A stretch of 64,000 bases of DNA. It comes from an uncultured delta proteobacterium. GTDB taxonomy: Bacteria > Desulfobacterota > Binatia > UBA9968. A model generated the notes under the pieces. The model searched no databases. It was not told the origin of the DNA and saw only the letters and a program-made list of their open reading frames with translations. This document shows positions 47,731 to 57,871 of this stretch, piece by piece (position 1 is the stretch's first letter; each line of letters starts with the position of its first letter). Both the position numbers and the translations under genes were made by a program. The stretch is taken from contig CAWFJP010000017.1 of NCBI GenBank assembly GCA_963816145.1, positions 251,435 through 315,434 on the forward strand. The letters run 5' to 3'.

Positions 47731-48675
47731 TTAAGGTGCGACGATGTCGACGTGTAGACTGCCGATGCCTTCGATTTCACCTTCGACCTTGTCGCCGGGA
47801 TTCAAGAATACGGGCGGTACCCTCGCGAAGCCAACGCCGGAAGGTGTTCCGGTGCTGATGATGTCGCCCGGTTCCAGTGTCATCCCGCCGGAGAGCGATT
47901 CGATAATCGTCGGGATGTCGAAAATCATGTCGCGGGTGTTGCCGTCCTGCATGACCTGGCCGTTGACTCGGCAGATGAGCCGCACTTGTTGCGGGTCGGG
48001 CATGGCGCTTTTGTGGACAATCCAGGGACCGAGGGGGCACAGCGTATCGAGGGCTTTGCCCTTGAACCATTGGCCGTGGATTCTCTGCAGCTCGCGGGCG
48101 GTCATGTCGAGACAAATGGTGTAGCCAAACACATAGTCGTAGGCCTTGGCCTTGGGAATGTCGCGACCTTTCTTGCCGATAATCAGGGCCAGCTCGACCT
48201 CCCAATCGAGCTTATCGGTAACCTTATGCTTGATGACTTTACCATACTGTCCGATGACGGAGGTGGCCGGTTTGGTAAAGAAGACCGGGTAGTCGGGATA
48301 TTTAATTTCCAGTTGGCGCGCCCGGGCGCCTTCGTCGACATGCTCGCGGTAGTTGATGCCGAGCATGACGCAATTCTTTTTTGGCGTCGGAATCGGCGAG
48401 ATGATCTTGGCCTGGGTGGGTTTCACCAAGGCGCCGGCGGCGATGAGTTTTTTCTGCTCGTCGGGATTTTTCCCGGCGACATACTTCTCCGCCTTACGCG
48501 CCACTTGCAAAGCTTTGCTGCCGGCTTCAATAAAGGCTTGCATGCTCGCTAAGAACGGCACGTTGCCGCCTTTGAGATAACGCCGATTGACTTCGGCCAA
48601 ATCGATGATCTGATCCTGCGGCCCCATCAGGCCGACACGCTGTTGGTTCTTGCGCGTAAAGGTAACTAGTCGCAT
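47731..48675 (-). CDS. Fumarylacetoacetate hydrolase family protein
   Basis: GINYREH, PVFFTKP, LDWEVEL, DMTARELQ, PGDIISTGTPSGVG. Confidence 0.92.
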   Translation of the reverse strand: MRLVTFTRKNQQRVGLMGPQDQIIDLAEVNRRYLKGGNVPFLASMQAFIEAGSKALQVARKAEKYVAGKNPDEQKKLIAAGALVKPTQAKIISPIPTPKKNCVMLGINYREHVDEGARARQLEIKYPDYPVFFTKPATSVIGQYGKVIKHKVTDKLDWEVELALIIGKKGRDIPKAKAYDYVFGYTICLDMTARELQRIHGQWFKGKALDTLCPLGPWIVHKSAMPDPQQVRLICRVNGQVMQDGNTRDMIFDIPTIIESLSGGMTLEPGDIISTGTPSGVGFARVPPVFLNPGDKVEGEIEGIGSLHVDIVAP

Positions 48676-48703
48676 GGCTCCTCCGAAAATAAAATTGCTT
48701 TAA

Positions 48704-49699
48704 CTAAATGCCGATTCCTAACAGTTTACAAGCGTTGGCACTGGCGATCTGCTCCAGGCTGGCACCGTCAATGCGGGCGGCGCGCAGCGATGCCACCGGT
48801 TCAGGATCCCCCATATCGTAAGGATAGTCGCTGCCCAACACCACATGATCGGCGCCGAAGTTGGCGATCAAATATTCCAGCGCCATGGTGCTGTGGGTAA
48901 TGGTGTCGAAGTTGAGCAGCTTGATGTATTCTCCCGGCGCTTTGGGAATTTTTGCGTTCGCCGAGTCCTGGATCCGATAGCCGCGATCCAGTCGTCCCCA
49001 GGTGTATGGCAAAAAACCGCCGGCGTGGGCAAGCAGGAATCTCAATCTCGGGTAACGTTCAAGCACACCGCTAAAGATCAGTTTGGCAAAGGCCAGAGAA
49101 GTGTCAGTCGGGTTGCCGATCAGGTTGGCGAGGTTGAACTCTTTCATCCGATCGGCGCCGACGACTTGGTTGGGATGGACAAAGATCAGCGCGTCCAGGG
49201 CTTGGGCCGCTTCCCAGAATGGATCAAATGCCGGATCGTCGAAATAGCGGCCATTGATGTTGGTCGCAATCTCGACGCCGCGCAATCCCAGTTTTGTCAC
49301 CGCCCGTTCCAGTTCGCCGACCGCCTTGGCGCTGTCCTGCATCGGCACGGACCCTAGGGCCACTAAACGTGTCGGATGCTTCGCTACCGCCTCGGCCAAA
49401 CGGTCGTTTAGCCACTGGGCATACTCCAACGACTCTTCCGCGGCCATCCAGTAGAAAAAATAGGTGCTTGCCGGCGACAGTGCCTGCATGTCGACCCCTT
49501 GGCTGTCCATGATCGACAACCGCAGGTCAAGGTCGGCGAATTCCGCCTTGAGCTGGGTTAAAAATGGTTTGCCGTCGCGGCTGACGATCTCGCGGCCACG
49601 CTCGTTTTTACCAAGCTTCATGCCGTGGCGTTTGCCGATTTCGCTGGCGACCTTCAAGCTTTCAGCGGGAACGAAGTGGGCGTGAATGTCGATATTCAT
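48704..49699 (-). CDS. Amidohydrolase_2 family (ACMSD/LigW-like decarboxylase or hydrolase)
   Basis: IDIHAH, FVHP, AHAGG, GSDYP. Confidence 0.88.
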   Translation of the reverse strand: MNIDIHAHFVPAESLKVASEIGKRHGMKLGKNERGREIVSRDGKPFLTQLKAEFADLDLRLSIMDSQGVDMQALSPASTYFFYWMAAEESLEYAQWLNDRLAEAVAKHPTRLVALGSVPMQDSAKAVGELERAVTKLGLRGVEIATNINGRYFDDPAFDPFWEAAQALDALIFVHPNQVVGADRMKEFNLANLIGNPTDTSLAFAKLIFSGVLERYPRLRFLLAHAGGFLPYTWGRLDRGYRIQDSANAKIPKAPGEYIKLLNFDTITHSTMALEYLIANFGADHVVLGSDYPYDMGDPEPVASLRAARIDGASLEQIASANACKLLGIGI

Positions 49700-49850
49700 A
49701 GGTTACGCTATGGCAAGACTCCTCGGACAGCTACCGGAGGGTTAGATGATTGTCAAGCTAAACGGAATTCTCGTCCCGCCCGGTGCGAGCCGTTCCTTAT
49801 TTGGCTAGCGCAATCATTGCCAGTCGAAATTCTCGGTGATAACTTTGGCC

Positions 49851-50084
49851 ATGGCCAATAAGCGCAGAAGAGACAACCGGGTAACGATGCGCGAAGGCGA
49901 TCGGATTCTCATCAACAAGGGTATCGCAAAGAAAGTCATGATCATCGCGCGCACCGAGATCCCGCACTCGACCGAACGCATCTTCGTCACCAAATCGGGC
50001 GGGAAGTATACCATCGGTCTAAAAGTTTGGCGTTCGGACTACGCCTGGAGCGATAAGAACCAGATGTGGGTGCCGAAGCACTAA
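49851..50084 (+). CDS. Hypothetical basic protein
   Basis: 77-aa ORF with natural-looking composition filling the gap before holA. Confidence 0.55.
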   Translation: MANKRRRDNRVTMREGDRILINKGIAKKVMIIARTEIPHSTERIFVTKSGGKYTIGLKVWRSDYAWSDKNQMWVPKH

Positions 50085-50168
50085 GCCTGGTGCTCGAAGT
50101 TTTCTGTTGATGGCGCCGCTATCCACCCATGCTCAAAGCCCAATAACACGATTGCTCACTGACGTGCC

Positions 50169-51533
50169 GTGAAACGCGACCTACCCACGATTCTCAAGGA
50201 TATTAAGAGCGGCAAGGGACCGCAGCTGTTATTGCTTTTCGGCGATGATTTGCAAGTGCTGGAGATCTGCAAGCAAGTGGTCGACCTATTGGTGCCGGCA
50301 GATAAACGAGGCTTTAATCTCGAACGCTTCGATGGCCGGACAGTGAGCTGGGATCAGGTGGAAGGCTCGCTTATGACGCCGCCGTTTTTCCCTGGCAAGA
50401 AAGTCCTGTGGGTGGAAAATGCGCCGTACTTTTTCTCGCGCGAACAAAAGGGCGAGTTGGGCGAAAAGATTCTCGACCTATGGCGCGACGGGCGGCGCGA
50501 CGATGCCGTCAAATTGCTCGCGGACCTGTTAAATGTCGAAGGTTGGACCCAGGATCGTTGGGAGCGGCTGGAGGCGAATTCGGCACGCCAACTGGCTGAG
50601 GTCTTCGATATCGACGGCAACTCCGCGCTGGAGGAAGTCGGCACGCTGCTCGCCTATGCCAAGAGCCGCGATCTTGATCTCAGCAAACGCAAAGCCGCGG
50701 ACGGCCATCGTTTGGGCGACCTGTTGAACGGCAAACTGCCGGAATGGGCGTTCTTGCTGCTGACCGCTGTGCAAGTCGATCGCCGGACAAAGTTATTCAA
50801 GCGCTTCGAAGAGCTAGGCGCGGCATCTTTTCTCGGCTTGGAGCGCGATCGCTACGGTAAGGTCGACCGCGACGGAGTGCTCAATTTCATATCCCAGCGG
50901 CTGCGCCAGGCAGGTAAGAATATCGAACCCCAGGCCCGCGATATGATCGTTGCCCGCGCCGGCGATAATTTACGGACGCTCCAACAAGAGCTCGACAAGC
51001 TGCTGCTATACGCTGCCGAGGGGCCGGCGATTCAATCGCAAGACGTCGAGGCGGTGGTCGCCGACCATGGCGAAGGCTGGATATTCGATCTCACCCGGGC
51101 GATCGGTGATCGCGACGCTCTGGGCGCGCTTGGCCAATTGTCGCGGCTTATGGGACAGGGCGAACATCCGTTAAAAATCTTGGGTACCATCGCGGGCGAG
51201 GTGCGCCGTTTGCTCGCCGCCAGGCAGCTATTGGACGGCGATATGCGGCCTCACTGGAAGCGCGGCATGAGCTACCAGCAGTTTCAACAGATCGGTGCCA
51301 AGCTTGGCTCCGCAGCGCGATTCGGCAATCCTTACGCCGAGTATATGTGTTTTCAGCGCGCTGAACGGTTTGCCATGGCTGAACTTGTCGGCCATATGGA
51401 ATCGCTGTTCGACGCCGACTTGCGGCTTAAGTCGAGCCATGGCCAACCGCGGTTGGTCATGGAAAAGCTCATTCTCGGCATGTGTCTGGCCCCGCGGCGC
51501 AATCAGCCGCAAAGCGACCTGGTCGCGAGGTGA
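50169..51533 (+). CDS. holA: DNA polymerase III delta subunit
   Basis: LLFGDD, FNLERFDG, TPPFFPGKKV, LQQELDKLLLY, IFDLTRAIG, ADLRLKSS; longer than usual owing to an internal insertion. Confidence 0.85.
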   Translation: MKRDLPTILKDIKSGKGPQLLLLFGDDLQVLEICKQVVDLLVPADKRGFNLERFDGRTVSWDQVEGSLMTPPFFPGKKVLWVENAPYFFSREQKGELGEKILDLWRDGRRDDAVKLLADLLNVEGWTQDRWERLEANSARQLAEVFDIDGNSALEEVGTLLAYAKSRDLDLSKRKAADGHRLGDLLNGKLPEWAFLLLTAVQVDRRTKLFKRFEELGAASFLGLERDRYGKVDRDGVLNFISQRLRQAGKNIEPQARDMIVARAGDNLRTLQQELDKLLLYAAEGPAIQSQDVEAVVADHGEGWIFDLTRAIGDRDALGALGQLSRLMGQGEHPLKILGTIAGEVRRLLAARQLLDGDMRPHWKRGMSYQQFQQIGAKLGSAARFGNPYAEYMCFQRAERFAMAELVGHMESLFDADLRLKSSHGQPRLVMEKLILGMCLAPRRNQPQSDLVAR

Positions 51534-51535
51534 CC

Positions 51536-52069
51536 ATGCTTCGCCTGCGCGCCGCGCTGTTCATTTCACTTTCGATTGTTCCGTCATTCTGCTCCGCTGA
51601 GATGGTCGTGCAGGCTTGTTTCAGCCCCCAGGGGAAATGCTCGGCGCATATCCTGCGTGAGATCGAACAAGCCAAAAAAGAATTGTTGGTAGCGGTCTAT
51701 GCGCTTACCAGCGACGAGCTCGCTGGTGCGCTGGTGCAGGCGAAAAAGCGCGGCGTCGCTGTGCAGGTGGTGATCGATCGGGAGTTCGACGCGCGCACCG
51801 ACAATTCCAAGGGTAAATTTTTCGAAGCGAACAAGATACCGCTACGCCGGCTGTCTGGTAGCAATTCGAAAAGCCTGGAGCGTGACGCCGGCTTGATGCA
51901 TCAAAAGTTCGCGGTTATCGACCGGAAAACCGTTCTCACCGGTTCCTACAACTGGACCCATTCGGCGGAAACTGCCAACGATGAAAATCTTCTCCTTTTT
52001 CGCGACGCCGGCCCCCTCGCCGAGGAGTATCGCCAAGCGTTCTTGAGGCTTTGGGAAAGGAAGCCGTAA
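51536..52069 (+). CDS. Exported single-HKD phospholipase D/Nuc-family protein
   Basis: Signal peptide, FSP, MHQKFAVID...TGSYNWT...NDEN. Confidence 0.9.
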   Translation: MLRLRAALFISLSIVPSFCSAEMVVQACFSPQGKCSAHILREIEQAKKELLVAVYALTSDELAGALVQAKKRGVAVQVVIDREFDARTDNSKGKFFEANKIPLRRLSGSNSKSLERDAGLMHQKFAVIDRKTVLTGSYNWTHSAETANDENLLLFRDAGPLAEEYRQAFLRLWERKP

Positions 52070-52596
52070 TGCCGCGCGCGGCCGTAAACACCTTGGCGAT
52101 TTTGCTGGTCTTCGGCGCCGGCTTTATCTCTCATGTTTTGTACCAACGCTGGAACCCGCCGGCGACAACGGTTTCGCTCCCGGATTTGCCCGGTGAACTC
52201 GCTGCAGCGCCGGGCCAAGCGCACCGGGTCACCTACATGCCGCTGGCACCGTCGCAGGCGGCAACGGAACAGACCGCCGAAGTTCCGGCATTTGTGGCAA
52301 GAGATGTGGAGAAGATTCGCGCCCTTGCCGGCAAGCAAGCGCGCGTGCGCGGCCGGGTGTTTCGCGTCGGCCATTCGGCCAAGAGCAATACCTTTTTTCT
52401 CAACTTCGGTCCCTCGCGGGAGGCGCTTACCGCGGTTATCTTTTCTTCGGGTGTGGAGCTATTTGAAAAGAGCAAGCTCGCGCCGAAAAATTTCGAGAAC
52501 AAAGAAATCGAAGTCACTGGAGAGATCAAAGACCATCCGCAGTTTGGTTTGGAGATCATTATCGAAAACCCGAAGCAGATCAAAATTATGAATTAG
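52069..52596 (+). CDS. Membrane-anchored OB-fold-like protein
   Basis: N-terminal TM; VRGRV...FLNFG...AVIF...IEVTGEI...EIII pattern; start overlaps the PLD stop. Confidence 0.65.
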   Translation: MPRAAVNTLAILLVFGAGFISHVLYQRWNPPATTVSLPDLPGELAAAPGQAHRVTYMPLAPSQAATEQTAEVPAFVARDVEKIRALAGKQARVRGRVFRVGHSAKSNTFFLNFGPSREALTAVIFSSGVELFEKSKLAPKNFENKEIEVTGEIKDHPQFGLEIIIENPKQIKIMN

Positions 52597-52636
52597 CTGG
52601 CGAGCAAGAGCGCCGACTCATGAAAGGCCAACGTCT

Positions 52637-52813
52637 ATGAGCGAAGCAATTAAAAGATGCATGATCTGCGCAAAACCCACCGAGGTCTTGAAGGGCGGCA
52701 TTTGCCAGCCCTGCGAGGAGCGGATTCGCCGGGAGGCCCTGGGAGAGCAGGCTGGTGTGGCTGACCGGGCCGAACGGGAAATCTCGCGCCAAGGCATTGC
52801 ACCAAAAAAATAA
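52637..52813 (+). CDS. Small C4 zinc-finger protein (58 aa), not in ORF track
   Basis: MSEAIKRCMICAKPTEVLKGGICQPCEERIRREALGEQAGVADRAEREISRQGIAPKK*; CxxC-x11-CxxC; GAAAGG RBS. Confidence 0.7.
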   Translation: MSEAIKRCMICAKPTEVLKGGICQPCEERIRREALGEQAGVADRAEREISRQGIAPKK

Positions 52814-53009
52814 CCTAGTCCGTCACGCCAAAGTATCGCCAGGACGACGCAATCGCGGCCATTTTCTCCAGGCCGCAAAAATAGTCAACGAAAAGTGCCG
52901 TTTGACGCTGTTCTCATGGCTAAAGACATGTTATAAAACGCCATTATCAATCCGTTGTCCGGGTTTTGGATTGACCGGCGTCTAACTAGCGATTAGGAGG
53001 TTCAAGGTT

Positions 53010-54218
53010 CTGCGCTACAGTCGACTATTTCCTGCCGCGTTTAAGCTGGCGATTCTGTTTGTATTCATTTCGGTTTCTCCGCTCTGGTCGTTTTCTCCAG
53101 ATGACGATTTGACGGCGAAGGCCGCGCTGATAATGGATGCGGCCACGGGCCGGACTCTGTTTCAAAAAGACGCCGATCTGCGCTTGCCGCCGGCCAGCAC
53201 TACCAAAGTAATGACCGCCATTTTAGCCCTTGAGAGCGGTAGGAAGCTCAACGAAAGTCTGACGGTGTCCAAAGACGCCACGCGCGTGCCGCCGACCAAA
53301 TTGTATTTACGTCCTGGGCAGACGGTGTCCATTGAAGAACTCCTTTATGGTATCATGCTGGCGTCGGCCAACGACGCCGCCATAGTGTTGGCGGAAGGAA
53401 TCGGCGGTTCGGTGGAACGCTACACCGATCTCATGACCAAAAAAGCCCAAAGTTTGGGAGCCACCAATAGCCACTTTACCAACCCCCATGGTCTGACCGC
53501 TCCGGATCATTATTCAACGGTGCGCGACCTGGCGACGATTTTTCGCTACGCCATGAAGATCCCGTTGTTTCGCGAGATCGTCCACACCAAATTCAGCTCG
53601 GTGAGTTCAACCGCGGTGGTGAAAAAGAAAGTCGTACCGCGGCGCATCTCGGTGCGCAATCATAACCGGCTGCTTTGGGATTATGAAGGCGCCTTGGGCG
53701 GCAAGACCGGCTACACCAACGCGGCGCAACGGTGTTACGTCGGTGCGGTGCAGCGAGACGGCGTGACGCTGATTGTGTCGATCTTGGGCTCCACCAACAT
53801 GTGGAGCGACACCAAACATCTGCTCGAATACGGCTTCGATAATTACGACTCCCTAAAATCGGCGTCGCAGACCACGCAAAAACCGGTATCGGCCGAAGCT
53901 TCGCCGCGCCAACGGACCTCGACGGTTATCTTACCCGGCGACAACCAGCGGCCCAAATTTCTTACCGGTTATATACTGCAAGTTGGATCGTTCCGTGAAC
54001 GCGAACGGGCCGAGTTAGTTTCGCGGCAAATCAGCGAGATGGGATTCGAGCCGGTTATCGACACTAGCACTGGCGGCCGAGGTGAACTCGCTTATCGAGT
54101 CCAGGTCGGACCCTATACTGAGTTGGTCGCTGCTCAGGAAGTCGCTGAAGTCATCCTAGCCAAAAACGGTTACAAATCATTGATACTGCAAGTACCGGCG
54201 GCTCGCGAAGCAAGCTGA
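53010..54218 (+). CDS. D-alanyl-D-alanine carboxypeptidase (peptidase S11) with C-terminal SPOR domain
   Basis: ASTTK (SxxK), SAN, NPHGL, KTG; SPOR-like LQVGSF...YRVQVGPY. Probable CTG start at 53010 (track start 53109). Confidence 0.9.
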   Translation: MRYSRLFPAAFKLAILFVFISVSPLWSFSPDDDLTAKAALIMDAATGRTLFQKDADLRLPPASTTKVMTAILALESGRKLNESLTVSKDATRVPPTKLYLRPGQTVSIEELLYGIMLASANDAAIVLAEGIGGSVERYTDLMTKKAQSLGATNSHFTNPHGLTAPDHYSTVRDLATIFRYAMKIPLFREIVHTKFSSVSSTAVVKKKVVPRRISVRNHNRLLWDYEGALGGKTGYTNAAQRCYVGAVQRDGVTLIVSILGSTNMWSDTKHLLEYGFDNYDSLKSASQTTQKPVSAEASPRQRTSTVILPGDNQRPKFLTGYILQVGSFRERERAELVSRQISEMGFEPVIDTSTGGRGELAYRVQVGPYTELVAAQEVAEVILAKNGYKSLILQVPAAREAS

Positions 54219-54231
54219 TCACGATCTCCTT

Positions 54232-54966
54232 CTAAATTTCCAGTACCATCCCATCCTCGGCAACAAGGGTGGTAATTCCATTTCTATGCGACAGCATCTC
54301 CTCGCCGAGGTGGGTGAGGACCAGCTGCTTGCATCCCATGCGGCACAGGTCGGCGGACAATGCCTGATAATTGACATGCATCCCCGGCTGCTCGTAAAAG
54401 AACGAGCACTCGCAAAGAAACAGATCGACGCCATCGGCAAGTTCGACAAATCGTTCGGTCCACAACGAATCGCCGGAAAACAAAATCGTTTTACCCTCGT
54501 AGCTCACTTTCAAGCCCAACGAAATGGCGTCGCTTTGGTGTAGCACTCGAAACGGCGCGACGGCGATGCCGTTTACATCTATCGGCTCGTCCGGCCGCAA
54601 TACCACAAAGCGCGTCGGCGGGATCTCTTTCTCTGCCGCGCCGCCGCCGTACATCACTTCAAACAGCGCCCGGACTTTGGCTTCGGTTCCCGGCGGGCCG
54701 GCGATGACCAGCGGTTCAAGTCTGGGCTGAAGATAGAGATACTCGATGAAGAAAAACGCGAGGCCACCGAAATGATCGCCGTGCAAATGACTTAAAAGAA
54801 CCGCGTCCAGGCGCCGTGGATCGAAACCGGCGCGCTTGAGCGCCAACAAAGTCGTCGGTCCGCAGTCGAGCAGGAACCGCTTATCCGTAGCTTCGACAAG
54901 ATAGCCACTCTGATTGCGCCCGCCGCTGCCGAAAGCATCGCCGCAACCGAGGATGTGCAGTTTCAT
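54232..54966 (-). CDS. MBL-fold metallo-hydrolase (RNase Z/BN-like)
   Basis: MKLHILGCGDAFGSGGR, SHLHGDH, FSGDS, LTHL. Confidence 0.88.
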   Translation of the reverse strand: MKLHILGCGDAFGSGGRNQSGYLVEATDKRFLLDCGPTTLLALKRAGFDPRRLDAVLLSHLHGDHFGGLAFFFIEYLYLQPRLEPLVIAGPPGTEAKVRALFEVMYGGGAAEKEIPPTRFVVLRPDEPIDVNGIAVAPFRVLHQSDAISLGLKVSYEGKTILFSGDSLWTERFVELADGVDLFLCECSFFYEQPGMHVNYQALSADLCRMGCKQLVLTHLGEEMLSHRNGITTLVAEDGMVLEI

Positions 54967-55228
54967 GGTAATCAGTGAACCCCGCTCCAGCGTACCTAAC
55001 ATCGCGACTGTGCATTTGGCAATGCCGTGCGGTGAGCATGATTCGGGTTCAGCATCTGAAAATGGCGTGGTGTGTGAGGCGCAACCCTTCGGGCATGAAG
55101 AATATGGGTTACTAACTTTGCGACAGCCCGGCGGCGTGAACTTTGACGGCGAAGATTGACGGGATAGATCGTTTGTCGCACCGAGCGGTAAGTTGCTTTT
55201 TCCTTGGTGTACGACTAGAGTTACCGTC

Positions 55229-55837
55229 GTGGCAGAGGACAAGCGGCCGTTTTTTACCTCGTATAGCACCAGTCTTTGGGTTCGCTTTCTCCGTTTTAGT
55301 TTGCGTTCGCACAAGAAACTGGAAGACGACTTGCAAGAGTTGGGGCTGACGCCGCCGCAGTTCTATGTCCTGGCGACCATCGGTTATGCCGGCAGCCTGC
55401 CCTTCGGCGAGATCGGCGCAAAAATGCTGGTGACGGTGAGCAATCTGACCGGCATCGTCGACCGGCTCGAGGACAAAAAATTCGTCGTACGCAAGCGCGA
55501 CGACAAGGACCGCCGGGTGGTCCACGTGATGTTGACCGATAAGGGCGCCAAGCTTTACAAGAGCACGATTCCGCTGTTCGAAAAGTGCGTCGGGGAAATC
55601 TTCGCCGGCCTGAACAATGCCGACCAGAAGCAACTGTCCGCGTTACTGCGGCGGCTCGATCATGAAGCCTGCGACGAAGTGATCGGAGCTGTCCGCTCCA
55701 CTATCTCCTGGTTTTCTCTTTCGACTCTTAGAACTCATATTTTAGACGTCAGAAGTCCGTTGTCAGAAGGACAATTGGCCATACGCGGTGCTGCCATTTT
55801 TCAAGTTGGCCAGCGCCGCTTGATTGACACCGAATAA
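55229..55837 (+). CDS. MarR-family regulator (tail beyond ~55670 may be readthrough)
   Basis: LTPPQFYVL, TGIVDRLE, RKRDDKDRRVVHVMLTDKG winged-HTH pattern. Confidence 0.88.
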   Translation: MAEDKRPFFTSYSTSLWVRFLRFSLRSHKKLEDDLQELGLTPPQFYVLATIGYAGSLPFGEIGAKMLVTVSNLTGIVDRLEDKKFVVRKRDDKDRRVVHVMLTDKGAKLYKSTIPLFEKCVGEIFAGLNNADQKQLSALLRRLDHEACDEVIGAVRSTISWFSLSTLRTHILDVRSPLSEGQLAIRGAAIFQVGQRRLIDTE

Positions 55838-55867
55838 TGGCAAGCTATAACAGTTAAGACCTTAACT
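55824..55867 (+). promoter_or_regulatory. sigma70 promoter with overlapping palindromic operator
   Basis: TTGACA (55824)-16 bp-TATAAC (55846), immediately followed by AGTTAAG-AC-CTTAACT (55852-55867). Confidence 0.75.
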
Positions 55868-55890
55868 ATTTTTTCCAGGCGCTCATTCCA

Positions 55891-57107
55891 GTGGCAGACG
55901 CAACACAACAAACCTCTCGGACTCGAACGGGTAAAAAAATGGCTGTACGCCAAGGGGCTCGACGAGCGCAGCAGCGGTTGCGTCCTGTGCGGTTCCTGTT
56001 ACGGCCATGGGCCGGCCAATCCGATGGAGGATGTTCCTGGGCCAAAAGAAAAGTGCCCGCCCTACGAGTACTACAAGTTTCAGCGCCACACGCCCAAGTC
56101 GCGCTGGTTGATGGCGCAGCGGGTGTTTCATGGCCTCGATCCGATCACGCCGGAATTGAAAGAGGTCATGTACGCCTGCACCAATTGTCTGATGTGCCAG
56201 GAACTCTGCGGCGTGCGCGGCGACGGTTACGGGCCATGGGATATCACCGTTGCCATGCGCGAAGAGATCACCGAAAAAGACGGCCCGCTGCCGGCGCACC
56301 AGGCGATTTACGATGGGCTCAAACAACATGACAATCCTTGGGGACAAGCAGCGCATGGCGCATGGGCCGACGGCTTAGGTCTCAAGCAACTCGGCGAGGG
56401 CAAAGCTTCGACGTTGTTATTCGCCGGCTGTTCGGCCGATCGGTCGAGCGGCAAGAGCGGCGCCGTTGCGCTGGCCAAGTTGATGCAAAAGGCCGGTGAC
56501 GATTTTGCCATTCTCGGCGACCAGGAAAAATGCTGCGGACTATACGCCTTCGATCTTGGTTATCGCCGCGAGTATGAACGGCTGAAAGACGCCAATCTGG
56601 CAGCGTTGGCCCAAGCTGGCGTCAAGAAAGTCGTCGTTGCCTGCGGCAGTTGCCAGCGCATCTGGCGCGAGTATGCCAAAGAAGCGAGCGGCGTTGAGAT
56701 CATGCATGGCGTCGAGTTCGTTGCCCAGGCGGTCCAATCCGGGCAATTGCGCTTCACTCAATCCATCGACATGAAAGTGACCTATCACGACTCTTGTCAC
56801 CTCGGCCGCGGCTGCGGCGTTTACGATCCGCCGCGCGCGATTCTGCGGGCGATTCCCGGTTTGCAATTAGTCGAGATGGAGCGCAATCGACGCTGGGCCT
56901 GGTGTTGTGGCGGCGGCGGCGGCGTGCCCGAGGCTGATCCGGAATTAGCCCAGTGGAATGCGGCCGATCGCATGCGCGAAGCGCGCGCCAGCGGCGCAGA
57001 AATCATGCTGACGTCGAGCGCGTTGTGCCAACGGTCGTTTAACGATTTGCCCGAGGCCGGCCTGCCGACGCAAGATTTACTCGAATTTATCTTTAACGGC
57101 GCTATAA
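55891..57107 (+). CDS. Fe-S oxidoreductase (GlpC/HdrD-like, two ferredoxin-type clusters + two CCG domains)
   Basis: CVLCGSC...CP, CTNCLMCQELC, FAGC, EKCCG, ACGSC, YHDSCHLGR, WCCGGGGG. Extra base near 55911; a second apparent indel near 57098 removes the stop at 57105-57107. Confidence 0.82.
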
Positions 57108-57109
57108 TC

Positions 57110-57844
57110 ATGGTTAAAGAACCGCACTTCACACCGCAACGGATGCTCAACATGCTCGGTCTCAAGCCGAATTCTCTCGGCCCTTACGCGCTGGTGCCCG
57201 GTCCCAAGGAGCGCAGCGAGTCGATGTTGAAGCTCTTGGACGAGCCGCAAAAGAGCTTTACTTTTCTCGACTACGAGATGCATACCGGCGGGCTCGACGG
57301 CAAGCGCGTCAGCATCGGCAACGGCGGCCGCTACGCGCCGGACACGGCGATCACGACGGAGATTCTTTGCGGCGCCGGCGCGGAATCTTTGATCCGCGTC
57401 GGCAGCTGCGGCTCGCTGCAGGACGACGTCAAAATCGGCGATCTGGTGATCGTCACCGGCGCGCTGCGCGGCGAGGGCACCTCGCGTTATTATGTCGCCG
57501 AGAATTTTTCCACTGTGGCCGACCCGGGCATCGTCGCCGCGTTGAAGCGGGCGGCGGAAGATTTGCAAGTGCGCTTTCATCTCGGCTGGATCTTCACCAC
57601 CGACGCGCTGTTTCAAGAGACGCCGGAATTGATTCAGCAATTGAACGAGCAAAACATCTCGAGCATCGACATGGTGACTTCGACGTTTTTGACGATCTCA
57701 CAGGTGCGCGGCAAGAAGGCCGGCGCGGTGCTGGCGGTGTCGGATGAATGTCTCTATGGCAAGTTCGGTTTCCGCGATCCGGGATTTTTCGCGGCCGAAC
57801 AGAAAACCATCGAAGTCGCGCGCCAGGCGCTGAAATATCTTTAG
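57110..57844 (+). CDS. Nucleoside phosphorylase (PNP/UDP family)
   Basis: LVPGPKER, IRVGSCGSLQ, ALRGEGTS, TTDALF, IDM, AVSD. Confidence 0.85.
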   Translation: MVKEPHFTPQRMLNMLGLKPNSLGPYALVPGPKERSESMLKLLDEPQKSFTFLDYEMHTGGLDGKRVSIGNGGRYAPDTAITTEILCGAGAESLIRVGSCGSLQDDVKIGDLVIVTGALRGEGTSRYYVAENFSTVADPGIVAALKRAAEDLQVRFHLGWIFTTDALFQETPELIQQLNEQNISSIDMVTSTFLTISQVRGKKAGAVLAVSDECLYGKFGFRDPGFFAAEQKTIEVARQALKYL

Positions 57845-57871
57845 ACTCCCGCCATTGGCCCAATCGAAATC

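Noticed and set aside
54967-55314. N-terminal extension of the MBL hydrolase in the track ORF
   Set aside because: It overlaps marR and the divergent promoter region; the family motif begins at the ATG at 54966.
56024-57844. Genuine Fe-S oxidoreductase-nucleoside phosphorylase fusion (606-aa ORF)
   Set aside because: Removing one base near 57098 gives AAC GCG CTA TAA followed by ATG at 57110; nearby genes also have indels, so an artefact is more likely.
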